This document shows, one piece after another, positions 58,540 to 64,000 of a stretch of 64,000 bases of DNA. Location: assembly GCA_965217185.1 (NCBI GenBank), contig OZ244252.1, forward strand, positions 3,328,001 through 3,392,000, read 5' to 3'. The number at the start of each line of letters is the position of its first letter. Position 1 is the first letter of the stretch. Both the position numbers and the translations under genes were made by a program. The notes below the pieces were generated by a model, which was given only the letters and a program-made list of their open reading frames with translations, was not told where the DNA came from and did not search any database. Source of the stretch: an uncultured Candidatus Entotheonella sp. (GTDB lineage Bacteria; Tectomicrobia; Entotheonellia; Entotheonellales; Entotheonellaceae).

Positions 58540-58614
58540 GGTGGGCGTAGCTCAGCATGGTAGAGCACTGGATTGTGGCTCCAGTGGTCGTGGGTTCAAA
58601 TCCCATCGCTCACC
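58540..58614 (+). tRNA. tRNA-His(GTG)
   Basis: Cloverleaf with G-1:C73, anticodon arm CTGGA-TTGTGGC-TCCAG and T loop GGTTCAAATC; no encoded CCA. Confidence 0.95.
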
Positions 58615-58717
58615 TTCAACCAACGTACTTTTGCTCCTCAAGGCGTGCGCAGAGGCGTATTGGCAGGGTCGGGCCGCATTGCGGGATGCGGCGCCCAGCG
58701 AGTCGAAAACAAGAACT

Positions 58718-58790
58718 GGGCCGCTAGCTCAACTGGTAGAGCAACGGACTCTTAATCCGTCGGTTGAAGGTTCGATTCCTTCGCGGCTCA
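58718..58790 (+). tRNA. tRNA-Lys(CTT)
   Basis: Acceptor GGGCCGC/GCGGCTC, anticodon arm ACGGA-CTCTTAA-TCCGT and GGTTCGATTC. Confidence 0.95.
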
Positions 58791-58795
58791 TCATC

Positions 58796-58879
58796 GGCTG
58801 CCTGGTGAAATTGGTAGACACGCTGGCCTTAGGAGCCAGTACCCTCACAGGTGTCCGAGTTCGAGTCTCGGGGCAGCCA
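58796..58879 (+). tRNA. tRNA-Leu(TAG)
   Basis: Acceptor GGCTGCC/GGCAGCC, anticodon arm CTGGC-CTTAGGA-GCCAG, long variable arm and GTTCGAGTC. Confidence 0.93.
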
Positions 58880-58931
58880 TTCCAAGACACCCGCGCAGAG
58901 AGGGCAAGCGAGTCATTGGGAATATCCAGCG

Positions 58932-60266
58932 ATGAAAGTTGAGGTCGAGCAGACAAAGCCTTGCGAACGGCGTTTAACGATCGAAATGCCGGCGGAGCGG
59001 GTCCAGCGAGAAATGAACGCGATATACGGGGGCCTTCAAAAGCGCGTCAAAGTCCCCGGCTTTCGGCAGGGCAAGGTTCCCCGGTCCATCTTGGAAAATC
59101 ACTATCACCACAGCGTCGAACAGGAAATCCTGCAGAAGCTGATTCCCGAAGCGCTTTCCGAAGCCATGACGCAAGAGAACTTGCAAGCGGTTGGCGAGCC
59201 GCAGATCGACCACGTCGACTTGGCCAAAGACCGCCCCTTCCAGTTCGTGGCAACCACGCAAATTATCCCCGAAATCGTGCTGTCCGATTACAGTTCCTGG
59301 ACCTTCACCCGGCATGTCCCGCCCGTTACGGATGAGCAGCTCGAACAGGCGATGCAGCAATTGCGCGAACGTCATGCGGAGTTGCGCACGGTGAGTGGCC
59401 GGGCTGTGCGTGAACACGACTTTGTGATCGCCAACTATCAGGGTTCTTTTGAGGGTTCTGACATTCCCGCCATACACGGCACCAACGCGACGCTGGAAGT
59501 AGGCGCTGGCCAGGTGCTGCCGGAGATCGAGCAAGGGGTTTTCGGGATGATGGAAGGCGAGGAAAAGAACATCCCGATTACGCTCCCCGAAGATTACCGA
59601 GACGCCGCCTTGGCGGGCAAAATCATTGAAATTCGCCTCACGGTTGTTGAACTCAAAGAGAAAGTCTTGCCGGACTTGGATGACGAATTTGCGCGCGCCT
59701 ACGAAGACGCCGACTCGTTGGACTTCTTGCGAGAGCGTCTGCGGTCCGATGTCGAAACCGCCATCGGCGAGCGCGCCGACACCGAAGTGCGGGCGGACGT
59801 TCTCAAACGGTTGGTGGACGAAAACGCATTCGACGTGCCGGAGGTTCTCGTGCATGACCAGATGCGCCGAGCCTATCTGCAAGGAATGCACGCCGTAAAG
59901 GGCGGACAATTGGACGAGGCCGATTTCAACGTGGACGTGGCGGCTTTGGATGAAACGTTTAGCACGCAGGCGCGCGAGGTGGTGCGCGGGCAGTTGATTT
60001 TGCGGCATATCGGCGCCCAGGCTGGCATCACTGTCACGCCAGAAGAAGTGGATGCCGAGATTGCCAGACTGGCGAGCCGCATAGCGCAAAATCCGGAGGC
60101 CCTGAAGCAGACGCTGCAGCGTAATGGCACCCTAAATGGTATCGAAAGCGGCCTGCGGGACGATAAAATCTTCGCGGCCATCCTGGCCGACGTGCAGGTG
60201 TCCGACAGTACCGCCGAACGGGAAACCATGACGGAAACGTCAGAGGCGTCGCCGTCAGAGGCTTAG
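58932..60266 (+). CDS. tig: Trigger factor
   Basis: [10 protein letters not shown] ribosome-binding motif, PEDY...LAGK and LPDLDDEFA; directly upstream of clpP. Confidence 0.95.
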   Translation: MKVEVEQTKPCERRLTIEMPAERVQREMNAIYGGLQKRVKVPGFRQGKVPRSILENHYHHSVEQEILQKLIPEALSEAMTQENLQAVGEPQIDHVDLAKDRPFQFVATTQIIPEIVLSDYSSWTFTRHVPPVTDEQLEQAMQQLRERHAELRTVSGRAVREHDFVIANYQGSFEGSDIPAIHGTNATLEVGAGQVLPEIEQGVFGMMEGEEKNIPITLPEDYRDAALAGKIIEIRLTVVELKEKVLPDLDDEFARAYEDADSLDFLRERLRSDVETAIGERADTEVRADVLKRLVDENAFDVPEVLVHDQMRRAYLQGMHAVKGGQLDEADFNVDVAALDETFSTQAREVVRGQLILRHIGAQAGITVTPEEVDAEIARLASRIAQNPEALKQTLQRNGTLNGIESGLRDDKIFAAILADVQVSDSTAERETMTETSEASPSEA

Positions 60267-60307
60267 CCGACGCGGGGACGTTTGCAAACAGGAGGCAAGG
60301 GAAGTAC

Positions 60308-60946
60308 ATGGCGTTGATACCAATGGTAGTCGAACAGACCAATCGCGGCGAGCGCGCGTATGACATTTACTCGCGGCTCCTCAAGGATCGCATCATTTTC
60401 ATTGGCTCTCCGATTAATGACGTGATCGCGAATCTCATCATTGCGCAGTTGCTCTTTTTGGAAGCAGACGACCCCGATCAGGACATCGCCTTTTACATCA
60501 ACAGCCCCGGGGGTTCGGTCACGGCGGGTTTGGCCATCTACGATACCATGCAATACATCCGGCCCGACGTGTCCACCATTTGCATCGGCATGGCGGCCAG
60601 CGCTGCGGCCCTGCTGCTGACGGCCGGATGCACAGGTAAGCGGTATGCCCTGCCGCATTCGACCGTCATGATTCACCAGCCCATGGGAGGCATGCAGGGC
60701 CAAGCCACCGACATTGAGATCCACGCCCGCGAGATTCTTCGTGTGCGCAGCGTGCTCAACGACATTCTGGTGCGCCACACGGGACAGCCGCAGAGCAAGA
60801 TTGAGGAAGATACCGACAGGGATCGCTTTATGACGCCGGATGAGGCACGGGTCTATGGGCTCATCGACGAGGTGATCGTAGCGCGCAACGGCAAGTCGGT
60901 AGCGCTGCCCGACGGCACGGCGGACAATTCGGATTCGGCCTCCTAG
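60308..60946 (+). CDS. clpP: ATP-dependent Clp protease proteolytic subunit
   Basis: [29 protein letters not shown] and DRDRFM. Confidence 0.97.
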   Translation: MALIPMVVEQTNRGERAYDIYSRLLKDRIIFIGSPINDVIANLIIAQLLFLEADDPDQDIAFYINSPGGSVTAGLAIYDTMQYIRPDVSTICIGMAASAAALLLTAGCTGKRYALPHSTVMIHQPMGGMQGQATDIEIHAREILRVRSVLNDILVRHTGQPQSKIEEDTDRDRFMTPDEARVYGLIDEVIVARNGKSVALPDGTADNSDSAS

Positions 60947-60986
60947 AGGCCGGCTGCACGATATTCCATGGCATTGGAGGGCGCTG

Positions 60987-62225
60987 ATGTCACGCAAAGA
61001 CACGCAGGGCGACAAGCTGCGGTGCTCGTTTTGTGGCAAGAATCAGGACGAGGTGAGGCGACTCATCGCCGGCCCGACCGTGTATATCTGTGACGAATGC
61101 ATTGATCTCTGCAACGACATCATCCTCGAAGAAGGGACAAACGAAAAGGCTGCAGTCATGCAGCACTTGTTGACTCCCAAGGAGATCAATCAGCGGCTCG
61201 ACGAATACATCATCGGCCAAGTGCATGCCAAGAAAGTGCTTTCGGTGGCGGTTTACAACCACTACAAACGCACCGAGGCGAACGCGGGTTCGGATGGCGT
61301 TGAGTTGCAGAAAAGCAACGTGCTGCTCATCGGTCCGACCGGTTCCGGCAAGACATTGTTGGCGCAAACGCTGGCCCGTATTCTGGATGTGCCGTTCACC
61401 ATTGCGGATGCCACCACGCTGACCGAAGCGGGCTACGTGGGGGAAGACGTCGAGAACATTATCCTGCGCTTGTTGCAGACAGCCGATTACGATGTGGAAC
61501 GTGCCGAGCGGGGCATTATCTACATTGACGAGATCGACAAGATCAGCCGCAAGGCCGAAAACCCTTCCATCACGCGCGATGTCTCCGGCGAGGGCGTGCA
61601 ACAGGCCCTGTTGAAGATCATTGAAGGCACCATAGCCAGCGTGCCCCCGCAGGGCGGCCGCAAACACCCACATCAGGAATTTCTGCAGGTCGATACCACG
61701 AATATCCTTTTTGTCTGCGGCGGCGCGTTTCACGGGCTGGAAAAGATCATTGAGCAGCGCATGAGGAAACGCACCATGGGTTTTGAAGCCCAGCTTTATT
61801 CCAGGAATGACGAACCGCTGGGTGAAATCCTGTCGCGTGTGCAGCCCGAGGACCTGCTCAAGAATGGGCTCATCCCGGAATTCGTGGGCCGCCTGCCCAT
61901 TGTGGCGACGCTTGAGGAACTCACCGAGGACGACTTCGTGTGTATTCTCACGACTCCTAAGAACGCCCTCGTCCGGCAATATCAGAAGTATTTCGATTTT
62001 GAAAAGGTGGCCCTCACGTTTACCGACGACGCGCTCCGGGCTATCGCCCAAGAAGCGTTGCGCCGCAAGACCGGCGCCCGCGGGCTGCGGTCAATCCTGG
62101 AAGAAGTGATGCTTGATACAATGTATGAACTACCTTCCCGGCACGACATTCAGGAGTGCACGATCACCCACGATGTGGTCACGAAACGTCAGCAGCCGGC
62201 GCTATTTTTCAAGCAGGCCAGCTAG
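60987..62225 (+). CDS. clpX: ATP-dependent Clp protease ATP-binding subunit
   Basis: CSFCGK...[29 protein letters not shown] and GARGLR. Confidence 0.97.
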   Translation: MSRKDTQGDKLRCSFCGKNQDEVRRLIAGPTVYICDECIDLCNDIILEEGTNEKAAVMQHLLTPKEINQRLDEYIIGQVHAKKVLSVAVYNHYKRTEANAGSDGVELQKSNVLLIGPTGSGKTLLAQTLARILDVPFTIADATTLTEAGYVGEDVENIILRLLQTADYDVERAERGIIYIDEIDKISRKAENPSITRDVSGEGVQQALLKIIEGTIASVPPQGGRKHPHQEFLQVDTTNILFVCGGAFHGLEKIIEQRMRKRTMGFEAQLYSRNDEPLGEILSRVQPEDLLKNGLIPEFVGRLPIVATLEELTEDDFVCILTTPKNALVRQYQKYFDFEKVALTFTDDALRAIAQEALRRKTGARGLRSILEEVMLDTMYELPSRHDIQECTITHDVVTKRQQPALFFKQAS

Positions 62226-62257
62226 CTTGCAGCCCTTCACGGGCGCCACGTTTTCGC

Positions 62258-62286
62258 TTGACAAGCATTTTTGCCAACGGTACTCT
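62258..62286 (+). promoter_or_regulatory. Putative sigma70 promoter for tRNA-Val and the infC operon
   Basis: TTGACA, 17 bp, TACTCT. Confidence 0.7.
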
Positions 62287-62300
62287 CAGCCGCTTTTCAT

Positions 62301-62372
62301 AGGCACGTAGCTCAGGGGGAGAGCGCTTGCTTGACGCGCAAGAGGTCGGCGGTTCGAAACCGCCCGTGCCTA
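62301..62372 (+). tRNA. tRNA-Val(GAC)
   Basis: Acceptor AGGCACG/CGTGCCT, anticodon arm CTTGC-TTGACGC-GCAAG and GGTTCGAAAC. Confidence 0.95.
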
Positions 62373-62506
62373 TTCCGAAACACACAGTTTTCAAACAGTG
62401 CGCGTCGTAAAGAGGGAGAAGATGCGTTGGAGGGGTCGCGGGCCGGCTAGGCAAGTGGGCCAAGGCATCTTCTAATTATGTACTTCGGTCTTAGGAGTAG
62501 GTCGCT

Positions 62507-63019
62507 ATATCTAAGCAGCAACGCATTAATAGGATGATTCGGGTTCCAGAGGTTCGCGTCATCGGTCAGGAAGGTGCCCAATTGGGTATTATATTGACGT
62601 CGGACGCCTTGCAGATGGCTGAAGAGCAAGGTTTGGATCTGGTCGAAGTTGCCCCAAACGAAAAGCCGCCTGTCTGCCGAATCATGGATTACGGCAAATA
62701 CAAATACCAGCAGAGTAAACGTCACCAGCAGGCTAAGAAAAAGCAAAAAGTCATTCTCGTAAAAGAAATCAAGCTGCGGCCGAAGACCGAAGAGCATGAC
62801 TATAACTTCAAAAGTCAACACGTACGGCGTTTCCTTCAGGACGGACACAAGGCGAAAGTCACCATCGTTTTTCGGGGCCGCGAGATGGCCCATACCGAGT
62901 TGGGCCGGCGCATACTGGACCGTATGGCCGGAGAACTAGAGGACGTAAGCACCATCGAGCAAATACCCAAGCAGGAAGGCCGCAGTCTGGCGATGGTTCT
63001 GAGCCCGCGGTCGTCCTGA
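62507..63019 (+). CDS. infC: Translation initiation factor IF-3, probable ATA start
   Basis: AGGAG at 62493-62497, then ATA TCT AAG CAG CAA CGC ATT AAT (xSKQQRIN) in frame with IRVPEVRVI, LDLVEVAP, PPVCRIMDYGK and FRGRE. An in-frame TAG lies just upstream. Confidence 0.92.
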   Translation: MSKQQRINRMIRVPEVRVIGQEGAQLGIILTSDALQMAEEQGLDLVEVAPNEKPPVCRIMDYGKYKYQQSKRHQQAKKKQKVILVKEIKLRPKTEEHDYNFKSQHVRRFLQDGHKAKVTIVFRGREMAHTELGRRILDRMAGELEDVSTIEQIPKQEGRSLAMVLSPRSS

Positions 63020-63056
63020 ACACTCGATGGTGTTTTGTCATTTGAGGGATGAGTTA

Positions 63057-63251
63057 ATGCCAAAGATGAAGAGCAATCGAAGCGCCAGAAAACGCTTCAC
63101 TTTCACCGCGCAGGGTAGTATACGACGCGCTCACGCCTTTAAGCGGCACAAACTGGGCATAAAGACGCGCAAACGCAAACGTGGTCTGCGTCAATCCACT
63201 CTGGTATCCGCTGCCGACAGCGGGCGTATGAAACGCCTCCTTCTCGTTTGA
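63057..63251 (+). CDS. rpmI: 50S ribosomal protein L35
   Basis: MPKMKS..SARKRF and KRKRGLR; lies between infC and rplT. Confidence 0.93.
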   Translation: MPKMKSNRSARKRFTFTAQGSIRRAHAFKRHKLGIKTRKRKRGLRQSTLVSAADSGRMKRLLLV

Positions 63252-63285
63252 GTTTCCTTCACCGTTACAAGACAGGAAAAGAATC

Positions 63286-63642
63286 ATGCCACGAGCAACA
63301 AGTGGTTCAGTCACGCATCGGCGCCACAAGCGTATATTGCAACACGCAAAGGGCAATCGGGGCGGTCGTGGTAATTTGTACCGGCGAGCTCGCGAGACAG
63401 TCGAGCGCGGTTGGAAGTTTGCCTATCGTGATCGAAAGGCTCGCAAGAGAGATTTTCGCCGATTGTGGATTATCCGTATCAACGCCGCAGCACGCATGCA
63501 CGGGTTGACCTACAGCAAGTTCATGTCAGGTCTCAAGCTGGCCAATGTCGATCTCGACCGCCGGGTATTGGCATCAGTGGCCATGCACGAGCCCGAAGCG
63601 TTTGCCGAGGTGGCGGCGCTTGCCAAAAAACACCTGTCCTGA
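63286..63642 (+). CDS. rplT: 50S ribosomal protein L20
   Basis: AYRDRKARKRDFRRLWI.RINAA, YSKF and LDRRVLA. Confidence 0.96.
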   Translation: MPRATSGSVTHRRHKRILQHAKGNRGGRGNLYRRARETVERGWKFAYRDRKARKRDFRRLWIIRINAAARMHGLTYSKFMSGLKLANVDLDRRVLASVAMHEPEAFAEVAALAKKHLS

Positions 63643-63699
63643 GGGACAAAGGCTGGCCGAATCACAAGGCGCCGGCTTTGTGACGCTTGAGGCTCCCGG

Positions 63700-64000
63700 A
63701 TGGACGTGGACCAATTCATCATACTTGAAGCTCAGGTTGAGCGATTGCTTTTGTCTCATGACCGTTTGAAGCGGGATAACAAGCAGTTGAAGACCGAGAT
63801 CAAGCAATTGCAGACCGAGATCGGGCAATTGCAGAGCGACGTGTCAGTCCGGGAAAAGCGAATTACCGGTCTGCAAAACACGCGGGAGAGGTTCACGCAA
63901 TTGCGTGCGATTGTGCAGGATCTGCAACAGGAGCGGTTTGTCGTGCATAAGAAGCTCCAGGAGTTGCTGCAGATTGTTGAGCAGCTTGAAAATTCCCCTC
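63700..64000 (+). CDS. Partial coiled-coil protein, ZapB-like
   Basis: Read by hand: MDVDQFIILEAQVERLLLSHDRLKRDNKQLKTEI...KKLQELLQIVEQLENSP, a continuous heptad pattern open to the right edge. Confidence 0.6.
   Translation, partial: MDVDQFIILEAQVERLLLSHDRLKRDNKQLKTEIKQLQTEIGQLQSDVSVREKRITGLQNTRERFTQLRAIVQDLQQERFVVHKKLQELLQIVEQLENSP

Overview
High-GC bacterial chromosomal segment. LPS inner-core genes (gmhA, hldE, kdsA, KpsF/GutQ) indicate a diderm; the taxon cannot be fixed from sequence alone. Most of the window is housekeeping or metabolic: fbp/fba, ilvD, ilvB, trpBA, HemQ/ChdC, dapL, valS, four tRNAs, tig-clpP-clpX and infC-rpmI-rplT. Three accessory loci stand out. (1) A HipA-like kinase and HIRAN-domain gene pair is split by a 6,845-bp composite transposon (6889-13733, target duplication TGTA). 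The transposon is built from two IS5 copies, holds three more IS elements nested in one another's terminal repeats, and carries a 212-bp fragment that resembles a restriction endonuclease gene. Removing it in silico restores the kinase C-terminus and an ATGA overlap with the HIRAN gene. (2) A bacillithiol-like cluster (16.7-24.9 kb) has a divergent BshA, a BshB1, an unannotated protein that reads as a BshC-like ligase with a zinc ribbon, a large PIG-L protein without a signal peptide, and a GNAT domain. This is the best candidate here for an undescribed small-molecule (low-molecular-weight thiol-like) pathway. (3) An AAA/DUF4143 gene sits next to a putative PD-(D/E)XK nuclease gene. Also seen: two 24-bp palindromic elements inserted in frame in coding sequences, and an ATA start for infC. 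Family calls come from motif recognition by eye, not database searches. No CRISPR array, rRNA or integrase was found.
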